In this document: piece by piece, positions 40,703-53,842 of the stretch
Layout: every line of letters begins with the position of its first letter
Numbering within the stretch: the stretch's first letter is position 1
Translations under genes and position numbers: made by a program
Origin: Calcarisporiella thermophila CBS 279.70
Lineage: Eukaryota > Fungi > Calcarisporiellomycota
Reading direction: 5' to 3'
NCBI RefSeq assembly: GCF_041956535.1
Contig: NW_027192191.1
Location: 1,375,443 to 1,439,442 of the forward strand
DNA: 64,000 nucleotides
The notes under the pieces: generated by a model
The model's database searches: none
Seen by the model: the letters and a program-made list of their open reading frames with translations, nothing else
Told to the model about the DNA's origin: nothing

Positions 40703-41317
40703 CTCGCCGTGTTACTTTGTATGCCAAAAGCCGTTTATTGTATAAAATAGCCTGAAGTTACTCCCAAGTATGTAAAAATAGTGACTGCATGTGGCTTGGA
40801 CAACTCCGTAATTAGGGTGGAACTCCTGCGTTAATCGTTTGGGGAAGATAGAGAATTAGGGAGAAATCCTGCGCGTGCCTTATTTTTTATTTTTGTTCAA
40901 TCTTGTATTATCAAGCTATTGTGCAACTATTATACTACCGCCATTATTCTCTAATTCTGGCGTGTTTTACTCAGGCTCCCCTCGTTTCGTCTGCCGTTCC
41001 TTTGTTAAGGATATCAATATCATCTGAAACAGTTTTTCATTTCCTCTAGAGGTACGTAGTTGTCGCCCTTGAATTATTAGGTTGAATGCCTTAGGGATTG
41101 ATTGTTCTCATCCTCTCCATTTCATCTGTCCTATGTTCTTTTGAATTTCACACCCGTAATATGACGGTCGACTGATCCTTCTTCTCAAATTGCTATTAGG
41201 ATCTGATTAGACGAAAGGAGCTACAACGAGGGTTTCCCACTTGGGGAAGCGGTAAAGGGTACTAAAGGCACACACCAACCCCACATTGCCAATCACATAA
41301 TTCATCCCGCATTCTAT

Positions 41318-44300
41318 ATGACATCGCATAATAATTCACAAATAACGTGGTTAAAGCGCAATTCCACGCTCCGTCCTTCCTCAAGGCCTGTAAGCGGTAT
41401 TGGCGGTGGATTGGGTAGTCCCTCTGATCTTTCGTCCCCAAATAAAGACCTAGACTGGCTGCGTGATCTCTCTTCCAGCTATGAAGACATCCAGAAGAAG
41501 ACATATCTGAAATGGATTAATGTCCAACTGAAGCCATTCGGTGATGAAGTCAAATCTATCGAGCACGATCTACGAGATGGCAAACGCCTTCTGAAATTGC
41601 TTGAAGTTGTTTGTCAGGAGCCTGTTCCTCGTCCCGAGCGTGGATCGATGCGTATCCATCAAATGGCTAATGTGTCAAAAGCTCTCAACTTCATCGAGAA
41701 AAAGCTGGGCGAGCCTTTAAGGAATATCGGAAACGAAGATATCGTCGATGGGAACTTGAAGATCACTCTAGGGTTGATTTGGATTTTGATTTTTCGGCTG
41801 CAGATGTCAGGCTTTGCTGATGAAAGAAGTTCGGAAGCTGACAGCTCAGTCCAAGGGGTATAATTTCCTTCTGCTCGGGCTCGCCTTGAGATATTCAATA
41901 GTAGTTATTTACTAATTCTTTGGTTGAGTTTAGGATGATTTTAGCGATATCATGTCTCCTACCACGCCAACAAACTCTAATGGGCACCCTTACGAAGTCA
42001 CCTCTCCAAAGGCCAAGATACAGCGCCCTCCTTCCACCTCCGCACCTACCTCACGCAAGTCTTCCTCTCCCGTCAAGCTTTCATTACCGTCAAAAGACAA
42101 GAAGGATGTGAAATCAAAATTGCTTTCCTGGGCCCAGAGGACGCTAAGATCGTACTCCGAACATTTTCCACAGATCCAGGACTTTCATCGATCATGGAAG
42201 AATGGACTAGCGTTCTCTGCACTTATTCACAGCTATGATGCTAACCTGATGCCTGATTTCTACGAAATGTGCAAAGAAGAGAAGGATGGGGTTGAGAACA
42301 GTGAGGCAGTGGCACGGTGGCGGGAAAGATTGGCGAGGGTTTTTGAAATTGCACAGGAGTCAATGGGAGTACCGCGATTACTAGACCCAGAGGATCTTAC
42401 GGAAGTAGAAACACCTGATGAGCGTTCAGTGATGACATACGTGTCAGAATTTTATCGTGTTCTCCCAAAGAAGGAGGAGGGGTCGTCTCAGAAAACCACC
42501 ACTGCAAAGAAATCTTTACGAGCGAAAAACCGGAGAGGTGAAGAAGAGAGATCCAATAGTCAGACACCCTTTCAGATTGTGGAGGAGCTCTCTTCCAACG
42601 CACCCAAGGTCTTGGCGGAGATATTGCTGGATGATGAAGAAAGAGAGTTTCCGAAATCTCCGAAATCGCCGCTGGAAAATCTACAAATACAGGCACAGGC
42701 AGCCATGAAGCCTCCATCTGGAAAACGGGAAGTGGGCAAGTTACGTCGTGAGACCATGGATATGTTTCAGCGAAAGCCGACAACTGCCACTCGCCCTACA
42801 GAGCAGAAACGTATCTCGAGTTTGGATGATACTACTAAGGCACGCTTAAAGGCTGAATTGGAAGGAACTCTGCAGCGTCAGCTAGAGGGCTATCATCCTC
42901 TCCTGGGTAAACTATTCCGTAGCGTAGAAGCTTTGTGCAAATGGATCGACCAGCAGTACGAGGCACTTCCCTCCACTCCTTCCATTCTCACGGTGTCTAC
43001 GCTATCAGATGAAGCAGTCCAAGATCTACAAGAGGCACTTGTACGCATTGAGGAAAACTTACGCCGCCACCAGAGTGTATTCGGAGACTTGCAACAGCTA
43101 TATGAGGAGCAGATTGTTCCTCTTTTTTTCGGTGATCCCGACAGTGATGACGCTGCCACTACGGCGACCGTTCGTCTATCAGAAGTTCAACGAAAGCATA
43201 TCGAGGAATCTTACGAATTGGCTTCTACAAAGTGGAACGAACTGGGAAACATAATAGTGCAGTATGATGACAATTTGTCTGCCTTTGAGGTGTTGTTGCC
43301 TTTTGTCACGAAGGCAAACTATCTGTCAGAGGAGTGCCGGCAGGTTGCAAAGGCAGTTCGAGATACAATGCGAGTGAATCGTTTATCTCACGAAACCCCT
43401 GAGTTGTTTTTTGGCGCTAGTAAGATATCTGAGAGGAGGAACGGCCTTGATCAGATGCGTAGTCAGGCAAATTCGGTGGAAGATGAATTGGTCAAGCTAG
43501 AAAAGAATTTGGAAGAAGCCGCTACAACTTTAGCTCATGAGGGTCAAACCCCTGTGGTTCGGCAGCGCTGCCAGGAGGTACGTGAGCTAGGGTTTCCAGA
43601 GATGCACGGGGCTTTAGAATGGGCTGAAAAGGTGGTCTCTCTCGATGAGCAAATTGCCGACTATTTACAGCGTGCTGCTCGGATTTGTGACCATATCGCC
43701 GGATATAAAGAGAGGGCACAAGATATCGACAAAATCATCTCTGTATATGCTAAAGCCGATAACAAGCTACCCCTCCCTTCTGGAACGAGGCTGGAGCAAG
43801 AGGAAAAGGAGATAGAGCGTAGGCTCATTCTTCTCGAGGAGCTCAAGAGGCAAACTACAAATTTTTCAAGGGAGTCTGTTCAAGAATTATCCCAAACCGG
43901 CCAAGGGATAGTCGAGATGGTGAAGCGATTATTTATGGCTGAAGACAGTGAATGGACGAAGGAGACTCTTGAAAAAGATGTGGGCGTAGCTTGCGTGCAC
44001 TTCCAAAATGCAACCATAGATAATGCTATTACTGACCTAAGGCAGCTGATGGAGAAGGTGCAAGAATGGACTACCACCCAGCGGAGTGTTCTTCGATACT
44101 TGAAAAATGCTGCTAGCATACGGTCGCAAGTCGACGCAGCGGTTAGCAGTGCTCACGCTATAGAAACCGATGGAGAACGTTTGAGCCAAATTGAGTCGCA
44201 AGTACGTCAAGCATTCGCCGATTTGGATGCACTTTGGCGCGCTTCCGATCCTGTTGTGCAACCCTTAGTGCAGCAGAGACATCGAGCTATGGAGATGATA

Positions 44301-47300
44301 TTAGGCAATTCTCTTTCGGAAGTTCTCACAAAGCGTTCTGAGCTCATTATGCGAGACAAGGATAATGTCAGCTCTTCGCTGGCTGAGTTTGACGCCAGTG
44401 CAAACTCAATGCTCGACAAGATGAATGCGTTGATGCAAGAATTCCAATTCACAGTTGTAGGTCAATCGTCATCTCTATTTGTGCAAGGCGCAGTTACACC
44501 GCCGACCTCTCCAGGATACATGGAGCGCCGGGGAAGCACCGAGAGTACCGAAGAGGACCGAGACCAGAGTACACAACAACGAACCCTGGATGGGTTGACA
44601 TGCTCGGCTGAAGATGTGGAGCTGTTTCGAGAGAAACTTCGAAACTGTGTTGCTCGGTTGGATCAGTTCATTATTTCAGAGTGGAAGCCATTCCTCGAGC
44701 TTTATGCAAAAGCCTTTTCTGGCGCCAAAGAAAACGTCGTTGTTGATGCTCGTCTATCCGTTTTACAAAGGACTTTCGATGAGCTCGAGTCTCTGCGCCA
44801 AGCTCGATGCGATGAGCTTGCTTCTCTTGATCATGTGTTTCAGTTTGTGCAGGAGGCGCAGGCCATACAACGAGAGCTTGAGGCAATTCAGGGCAAATTA
44901 CAGAAGACAGGGGCAACCACCGATGAGAGCTTGCACTCATTAGAGGCTCGTGTGAGTGATACACAAAATCGCATCCGGCTTTTCCACACGAATTTCCCAG
45001 ATTTACTGGCGACTCTGGCGCCAGATTTAAATGATGAAGGGCAGTCGAAAGCCAGATATGCAAAGGTATAACTGAATATAAGAATGAGGATAAATTGAAT
45101 ACCACTGACACTCCCCATTTTGGATATATATAGCTTTATGAGGCTCTACTACAAAAACAGGAGGCGGTGCAAGCTTGGGTTGAAGAAGTTCGAGTTTGGT
45201 TTGTTGAAGCTGAGCGGATTCGTGTATGGCTCGAGGAACGCTCCAAAATTGTGGAATCTCGCCCAAGCATTGATCCACTTGCTCCAGATCTTAATGTTAC
45301 ATATTCCGAGGCAGAGCGGCTCAACTCAGAACATGAGGCTATTGTCCAGGAAGTGGAATCCTTTAATCAGGAAGATATGGCTCGACTTCGAGCGCATGTT
45401 AAGGCACTAACTGTCGCCCAAGCCAGAAAGGATTTGAGCCCAGCAGATACCACTACTATCTCGATTACGCTTAGCACCCTTACGATCCTCGACCACCTGA
45501 CTTACCTATTGCGAAGGCGCACATATGAGCTCACGCTTTTATCTCTGCGTACCCAGTGGGAGGAACAATATGGAAAGGCGGTTAAAACGGTGGAAGTTAT
45601 CAATAGGAAAATCAAGAGTTTTCTTACTGATAACGGGAGGTGGAGCGCAGGAGATTGTCCCGCTATACCATCACATAATGACTTTGCTTCCGCTCCACAG
45701 TTGGATTACAATGAACTAAAGCGTGGCCTCAAAGCACATCAAGAAGCGGCTGTCAAAACCCTATTGGAGATTGAGCGGAGTGTCTCCGAATTTAATCAAA
45801 ATCTCTTCTCGTCTACCCAGGACGTTTTCCAAGAGTTCGACGAAATGTGTGCAAAAGGTGCGCCTGAGCACCTTGAGTCGCGTCAGACTGCACTAGAAAA
45901 TCGCTTCGAAATTGCCACGAAACGTGCTGGTTTTGTACGTCAGGCTGTAGAGCAAAAGTTGGCTGTGGCCGACTACACATTCCAAGTGGATGTGCTTGTA
46001 TGGGACGCAGAGGGATTGCGGGACGATCTTATCGCAGCCGAAAGAAACACTCGCCCTGACGATCTCATTGACTTTTACCAATTGCAGGTAGATCAATATG
46101 CGGACAGGGCTAATGAAATAATCTCCATCTTGGGACCAAAGATCCAATATCCGAGCGCTCCCGTTGCTGAGGATGAGGCAGAGAACAAGGTGGTCAATGA
46201 AATGATTCGTGAGACGATCGAGGCAAGAAAGCAGAAGTTGCTAGATTTGGGTGAAGAGTTGGAGACAGCATTGAACGCATTAAAGAGGACGCTTTCATTA
46301 CATAAGCGATTAAAGCAGGTCGTAGAAGAGGTGACAAGGCTCCAGACTTGGCTTGAAAAGAAAGCCACCGAGATCAAAGCTGCTCTAGATCCCAGGATGA
46401 ACAATTCATCTAATATAGCCGACTCGGAGGTAGATCAGCTAAGAGTTCAACATCAGGACTTTGTGACCGAGTTAAAGGTGTTTGAAGAGAATGAGCTTGC
46501 TAATTTTCGGTCCGAAATTGAGTCTCTCTTGGGAGAAATCAGTGCTACTGCGGATTCAACTATAGATGTTTCTCAAATCAAGCCGGCATATGACCGTGTT
46601 GGGCAAGACTTCCAGCGCCTTCAAGAAATTCTCCACTCCTATTCACAGGACATCGTATTGCTCCAGCGGCGCCATCAGATTGAATTTGCTTCTCGTTCGG
46701 AAGAACTCCTGAGTCGACTTGGTTTGGTACGTAGGGAGGTCGAGGGACTGCAACCCGACTCTGTCGAAGAGGAACACATCGAGCGACTTGAGGTGGAATT
46801 TGATCAGTTAGAAAGTGTGGATCTCCGTACGCTACAGGATCTTGTGCGGGGTGATGGGCAAACCACGATGGATGGAAAACCGCGCCCCCGCCTCTCGGAA
46901 GAAGATCTTGATGTTATGGAAGAGAAGCTGATTGAAGTCGAGGGAGAATTTGTCGAGCTGCGCCACTTGTTCACCCGGCTAGTACGGGAAGCGAAAAACC
47001 ACCGTATGAACGTCGCATTCTTCAATAGTGCGGATCGCCTCCGCACTTCGCTTGATGGTGCAATTGAGCGATGGCGGTTAGCTGAATCATCACACGGTTT
47101 AATTGTTGGCGATGCATCGGATCGTGAGCATCTTCGTATTATTACTAAAGCTTTGCAGAAGTTGCGCCTCGACTATGCAGAGATCACGGAGGAGCATGAT
47201 GAGCTATACTCGTACTATGAACTACTCTGTGCACAAGACGAGCTCGACACACTAAATCAAGTACAAAGCCGGCAGGCCGAGCTCGAAGAAAAATGGGAGG

Positions 47301-49906
47301 AACTGACTTATAAGGCAGATACTGCAGACACTATAGTGTCTAGGGTTGGCCATTGGGTCGAGTATCATACCGCTGTAAGCCGTGTGGAAAATGAAATGTT
47401 CAGTGGTTTAACCGAGCGAGTGGAGCGGTTGGCGGCATTGGGATGGGATGCAATCGAGTCAGAGGTGAGAGAACTAAACGAGCGCATCGAAGCAGGAGAA
47501 AACATGTTAGCGTCCATCAAACAGGCTGCAGAATCACTTGACGTGGTTGAGGTTGCAATTGATTTGGACGATAAAAATCGTCGTGCATTTTTGCAGCACT
47601 ATGACCGTGCAATAGCATATGCAAGTGATCTTAGAGAAGCATTCCAGGCGTCGGCTGATTCGGTGTGTAAAGCGTCCCGCATTGCAGCGTTCCGAGCTCA
47701 AGCAAACAACATTCGATCTTTGTGTGGACATCAAACTGAGGTGCTGCGTTCACGATGTGAGGAAATAGAACGTTCTCGCTTTTATGCTCTTGATGTCGAG
47801 GCCCTAGAGAAAATACTTCGAAATACACAACAAGGCCATGATATGAGTCTCCAAGAATATTCGCGCTGTAAAGACCAAGCAGAGACCCATCTTCGCCCTG
47901 CTGTGCAAAATATGGAGGAGAGCTTCACCGGGTCACAGCGGGTTCGTGAAATTTTCGGCCAAGTGCAAACAGCCCTAGCAGATTTCTCTACCGCGCTGGA
48001 TGCCGAATCGCATCAATTAGAACTCGTGCGTCTCGTACTGGAGCAATGTCGGGAAGCACGTAAGATCCGCAACTGGATGGCCTCGTTCAAGGTGGTAATG
48101 CTGGGCATTCAGGTGAGCGCTGCAGATACCAGCGAGAAGGAAATCGATGAGTTGGAGGTGAAGAAAAACGAGTTTGCCCCGCAAATTGAATCCTTTATTG
48201 CGCGAAATAATGAAGCACTTCCTTTGCAAGAGGGATCCATTCTTCTGCGCTGTGAAGAGGCTGCGCAGGCAAGAGCAAATCGTGTGCTCGATGAATGGAA
48301 CGCTCTGCAAGAGCTCCTAGCAGCAATTAGAATTAGTCATGAAAAGTCACGAATGTCGATGGACATATCGCAGCGAGTGAAGGAGCTTCTTGAATGTATT
48401 TCCGAATTGAAAGGTCGAGTGCTTGCAGTCCAAATTCAGGGGAACCTCTCGGATGCTACATCGGATGCTGTTAACCGCCTCCCACGTGAAAAGGATGCAA
48501 TTAAATCGGACAACGAGTTAACGCAGATTGAGACAGAGGTGCGCGAACAATTGCTTCCTAAAGTGGAGTCTTTCGACGCTGTCCTGGTAGAGGCGGTGGA
48601 GAAAGACAGCTGCCTTGTACGACAGCGTGCCGAGATTGCCGAAGCTGTTGCTGGTCTTAATGGACTACTTGAGTCTAAGCGGCAGCAGGTTGGAGACGCG
48701 CTTAAAATCGGAAAAGCAATGTCGCTTTCAGATGAAGTTGAAAAGCTGCTCTCCAAGCTGTTTGAATTGATCGAAGCCTTTAAACCAAAACTTCGCAACC
48801 CTGACTTAATTTTAGTTCAACAGCAGTTGGAGCGCATGGACGGAGAGGCAAGGTTGATAAATTCCTCGATTGAGGAGAAAATGGGAGCCACACGAGAAGC
48901 CGCTACTCTCGTTGTGGATGACTGGCGGGTATCGGAGCGGATAGACGAGTTGGATGAGAGATGGGCGGAGGCGCGGCTGATGATACAGGAGTATAGAGAT
49001 TGGATTCGCAAGGCACGTGGTTCACAGACTCCACCGCGAAGCCCCATCGGGAGATCAAGAAAGACCTCAAGTAATATGTCAACCTCTCCGAGGTCATTGT
49101 CCCGCACCCGGCCCACCCGCCCCGCGTCCATTGCAACCGAGGCTGAGCTAGCATTCCGACACACTGGACGTCCCACGAGTTCGGCCTCGCGTCTCTCTAC
49201 ACGACATTCTATGTCGGGACGTGGTAGTCCTTCTCCACCCCCTCCGGCTTCGCGTCGCACCTCCATGAATGTTCGTCGATCTCGTATATTCTTCAAGACC
49301 ACGCCCAACAAATATGTTGCTGATCCAACCAATGAGCTTGACGTGGAGATCGGAAAGATTGTGAATGAGTGTCCGATTAAGATACATGTAGCAAAGGTGA
49401 ACGGAGAAGTTGGGAAGTATTGGTTTGGTGAAAAAGATCCCAAGTTGTGCTATTGTCGAATTTTGAGAAGCAAAATGATCATGGTCAGAGTGGGAGGAGG
49501 ATGGGTAGAATTATCGAAGTGAGTATATAGTACTTTTGCACTTGTTTTGGGATTGGACAATAGCTCAATATGCAATGTTTACCACACTAGGTTCCTTAAA
49601 GATCACGGATCAAGGGAAGATCGCCAAGCGCGTGCGTGCACTCTAGTTGATATTAATACCTCATCTACTGTCTCTCCATCATCTTTACTCACGCCAAACT
49701 CATCCCAAGCCTCCTCTTCTAGTCAAAATACCGCTGCTCGTTCATTAACGTCTCCACGCATGGCTAGGGCTGTCTCGCCTGGTAGAGTTGAAGGAGATAT
49801 GTTCTTACATACAGATGAGAATGGTGTGCAGCGAGCAGTTGCGATGAGGAAGGCAGGAGATAGAGAATATACACCAATCGTGAAGCGAAAGCCATTTATG
49901 ACATAA
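41318..49906 (+). CDS. ~2,790-aa tandem calponin-homology + spectrin-like helical rod + GAS2 (GAR) domain protein
   Basis: CH1 IQKKTYLKWIN...EDIVDGNLKITLGLIWILI; CH2 LLSWAQ...SWKNGLAFSALIH...LLDPED...PDERSVMTYVSEFY; GAS2 GKYWFG...CRILRSKMIMVRVGGGWVELSKFL; introns 41858-41933, 45066-45133, 49519-49590 all restore frame. Confidence 0.88.
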
Positions 49907-50406
49907 CAAAAATAACCTATATACCTATTATCCCCTTTAATATCTTTGGGCTTTGCAATTACTGGATTTCTTGTAATTTTAACCGATTTTTGAATGACAT
50001 CCATTTGTTTGTTTGTTTGTTTGTTTTTTGCATATTTTTTAAACAGGATGTTGAATTTTTTTCTCTATTGTTTTGTTAAAATATGTTCATAAAGATGAAT
50101 AATTTTTTTCCATTTGATTTCTTTTGTGTATGTCGTTTCTTTTGAAGCAAAGAAATGGAATTGCCCTGAAAAATATAAATAGATTCATTAAACACACGAA
50201 AAAAGAAATAAAATTATAAAAAAAAAGTCGAAAGATTTTAGAGAAACAAAAAAGTATATGCAGCGAAAGAAATAATCCAAATGAAAAATGTCAAAGCACA
50301 ATATCAATATCCCTACCTCCTCTGGTTCTAATATCAAAAGAGAGAAAAGTCGTATAAATTTATATAAATTGCCTCCGTTTTAAGCAGATGTATTCATTGA
50401 ATATAT

Positions 50407-51629
50407 TTAACTCCCAAAATAGAGAGTAAGAACGTTTGCACTAATATTAAAGCCGAAAAGAGATATCAAATAGAGGATACCAAATATAATGACTGGATAG
50501 AGGAACATTTCGGTGTGAACAAGGAACGGAAGGGCTAATAAGAGAGTGAAAGACGTGGTAAGCCATCAAACGAAGTGCATAGGCTCATATTTCAAACCTA
50601 CCATTGTACCCAAGGAAGGTCACATAAAAATAGTATATCACAGCTACGAGATACATTGTATTTCCCACAAAAAGCGATATCCAACCACGTCTAAGCAACA
50701 ATCCCATGAAAAAGAATTGTATGACATAGAGGATCAGGAACACGGGAAAGAATGCGTTGCAGTGCACATCGAATGCGTATTGCCATTCAACTTCTTGATC
50801 CACGCTGTGAGAAGTCACGCGTTGTTTGAGAAAATGATTTGATACAAGCCAGGAGAGGGTTGCGACAATGATTCCCACGATGACAAAGTCAACAAAGACC
50901 ATATAAAGCATCATGCGGAGAATGCCCACGAAGCCATGGCCATAGACAAGGCCCCATGCAACTGCAGAAACTAAAAACGATAAAATTACGTATAGCAGTT
51001 AAAATATAAAATTGAATATTGAATAAATGAATGGAATTAATTACTGCATAGCATGCCAGAGAGTAGAACCACAAACGCCGGATCATCACGCGACCACTGA
51101 TTTTTTGTCTCTAAATATTTATAAACTTACAGTGAATTTGAAAAGATTTTGGAAAGGCAGGTATAATGCCATACGTTTATGATAATATATGTTGCGATAT
51201 CTAAAATAAGGTCCATCATTAGTAACTTTACATCTGAAAATGAATATAGGAGATCAGAAATGAACACCTACACTCTCCGCGGGGATAGACATAGATAGGC
51301 CATTTGCCACAAGGCATACTAACAAGACGTTTCGAAACACAGGGTTAGCAGATATCAATAAATTTCTTTCATTCTTGTGCAGTCATTAAGAGCACTTATT
51401 GCATATTTGGATCTTAGAGGGGCGTGTAAATAAAACAGCGGATGCTGCTTACCTCAAAATCCATGTGAGGGAATCGAAAAAGTCTCCTTAAGAAAAGTGG
51501 TAATATACTAGTGGATGTCGATGTCGAAATTTCGGGATGGAAACGCCGGCGCCCACCATATCTCGATCGTGAATTATTGAATGATGAGTGTGCATCTGTC
51601 CGAGGTGCAGTAGTAGGGAGAATCGCCAT
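50407..51629 (-). CDS. UNC50: UNC-50/Gmh1 Golgi membrane protein
   Basis: HMDFE|YALWQM, VYRNIYYHKQTKNQWSRDDPAF, VEWQYAFDVHCNAFFP, YVTFLGYN. Confidence 0.95.
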
Positions 51630-52519
51630 TTTATTTTCACAAGATGTTCACAGATCTTTGGATAGGAGTCTAGACTATAGAAAAGAAACTGCGCCTACTT
51701 AATTTTGAACTTTATTTTTGTTGCAATTGCTCTAGGGCTCTATTGCACTCATAATTTGAAAACTCCATAACTTCTGTCTCAATGCGCATAAGCGCTGCGG
51801 CAGCAGCGATATCACTTTTTGGTATTGGATACCTTATCAAATATCTTTTACACCTAACTACCTTTTGTGACACGCTGCTAAGTGGTATCCCGGCACAGGT
51901 AACAATTATCTCATAATTCATCAAACAATGTCTTATTGAGCAATGAAATTTCTCTCTACAATTTTCTACTTTACTGCTTTACTAAAATCATCTCAATGTT
52001 TGATTTTAAAATTGAATTCTACTAGGGTTTCTTTTTCTTGTCACTCATTCTCTTGACCATAGTATTTTTCCTCATTCTGCTCCCCCTAGAAAGAATAGCC
52101 GATTATGAGGCACGGCAGGTAAATCCAGCAGCAAAAATTATATTAAAGGGACTCTTGTTCTACTCGTTTTACAATTAACGCTTGTTTTTCTGCAACAACA
52201 GAACAATAAATATACCTATCGCACTTCGGCTAGGGAGCATTTGCAACGCCGTGGAAGCTTCTAGTATGCAGACATGAAGGAATATATGCAATGCTTGGTT
52301 GGTCGCTTGCTATTTTTCCGATTTTTTTGTATATTTTATTAATCACGTATTTTCCTCGATACATTTTTCGATATTAATTCTTTCCTTGCCATATTACTAG
52401 AATCAATAAAGACATACTTTTATACAAAAATGTGACTGTTTTTCTGTAAAATTAAAAGTCTGCAAATTAGTTGGTTTTATCTTGGCATAAGCTGATCGAA
52501 TATAAAATTCTTCAACACT

Positions 52520-53549
52520 ATGGGTATTAGATGGCTTCCCTTGGAATCCAATCCACAGGTATAAATAATAATTAGAAATGTGTTTGATTTTGATGTAATC
52601 AGATTTATTAATGGCTTGACGCGCTTTTCTCCAGGTTATGAACGAGGTAGATTTTTGATTTTAAAAAGTGTCGTTTTAATTCATATTTATCGTGAATTTT
52701 TTTTCCAATAGTATGTCTATAAACTAGGCATCTCGAAAGAATGGGCTTACACTGATATCTGGGGTTGGCCTTTCTAATAGTAGATATGTTTCATCTCATT
52801 TAATTCTATCTTGTACATTCAATAATCGTAGGGCTTGACGAGGAACTGCTTGACCTCCTTCCCCAGCCAGTGATTGCGGTGATTATGCTTTTTCCTGTAA
52901 CCGAGAAATATTTAGCCTATAGACGCCAGGAAGATGAGCGCATAGGACAGCAGGCTAGCGCTTTAAGCCACGACATCGTGTTTTTCAAGCAAACCATTAG
53001 TAATGCTTGTGGGACAATGGGGCTGTTGCATTCGATAGCAAATAATGATAATGTGCTAGGAATAGGTAGTTTAATTACGTTTTGTATTGAAGAATGTAGG
53101 TCAGATGTAACATGTTTTTCATTTCATAGAGGAAGGAAGTCCCTTAGATAATATTCTAAAAAAGTGTAAAACTCTGACCCCTGAGGAGCGCGCCAAAGCT
53201 CTTGAAGAAGACGACGAGTTAGCACAAGTGCACATGGAGAGTGCTCAAGAAGGTCAAACTAAAGTAAGTTGATTAATTTTGTGAATTTTTTTAATATGAG
53301 ATTACTGAGCGTCGAACTCTCTCTTAGCCTCCAAACATTGAAGATGAAGTCGATCTTCATTTTGTATGTTTTGTCGAAAAGGACGGACATATTTTTGAGC
53401 TCGATGGGGCACGACCGGGACCAATCGACCATGGAGAGTGCACTGATCTACTCCATGGTTCTGTAAAAGTAGTTCGCGAATATATTGAGCGTGATCCAGA
53501 ACGACACCAGTTCACTCTCATTGCGCTAGCACCAAACCAAGAACTTTAG
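52520..53549 (+). CDS. YUH1: Ubiquitin C-terminal hydrolase UCH-L3/Yuh1 (peptidase C12)
   Basis: WLPLESNP, PQPVIAVIMLFP, FFKQTISNACGTMGLLHS, HFVCFV, ELDG; multi-exon including a 12-nt exon. Confidence 0.93.
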
Positions 53550-53842
53550 ATGATTAAGGAAACTATTTCTACGAAATAATATGGCTAGTGCAATTTTTCT
53601 TTTCCTATACACCTATGTTATTGAGAAGGGTTTTTATTAGAATGAAATAAACCTCATCTGAATTAATATGAGGGACACAAAATTTGTCATTAACTAACGG
53701 TTAAAAATATTTTCACATTTGGGCAAGGTATGGTATTTAAAAATATATAGTGACTCTATCATCAGTTCAATATTATTCAATTCGACTCTTGCTATCGAGA
53801 AAACACAACTGAAAATCGTAGGTTTGATTGCGATTTAACAAT

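Noticed and set aside
42397-49443. Many antisense ORFs up to 208 aa within the giant gene and other CDSs
   Set aside because: Expected shadows of the coding strand with Ser-rich, non-protein-like composition
51712-52090. Possible minus-strand gene relic upstream of UNC-50
   Set aside because: Several stops, weak splice signals and no recognisable family
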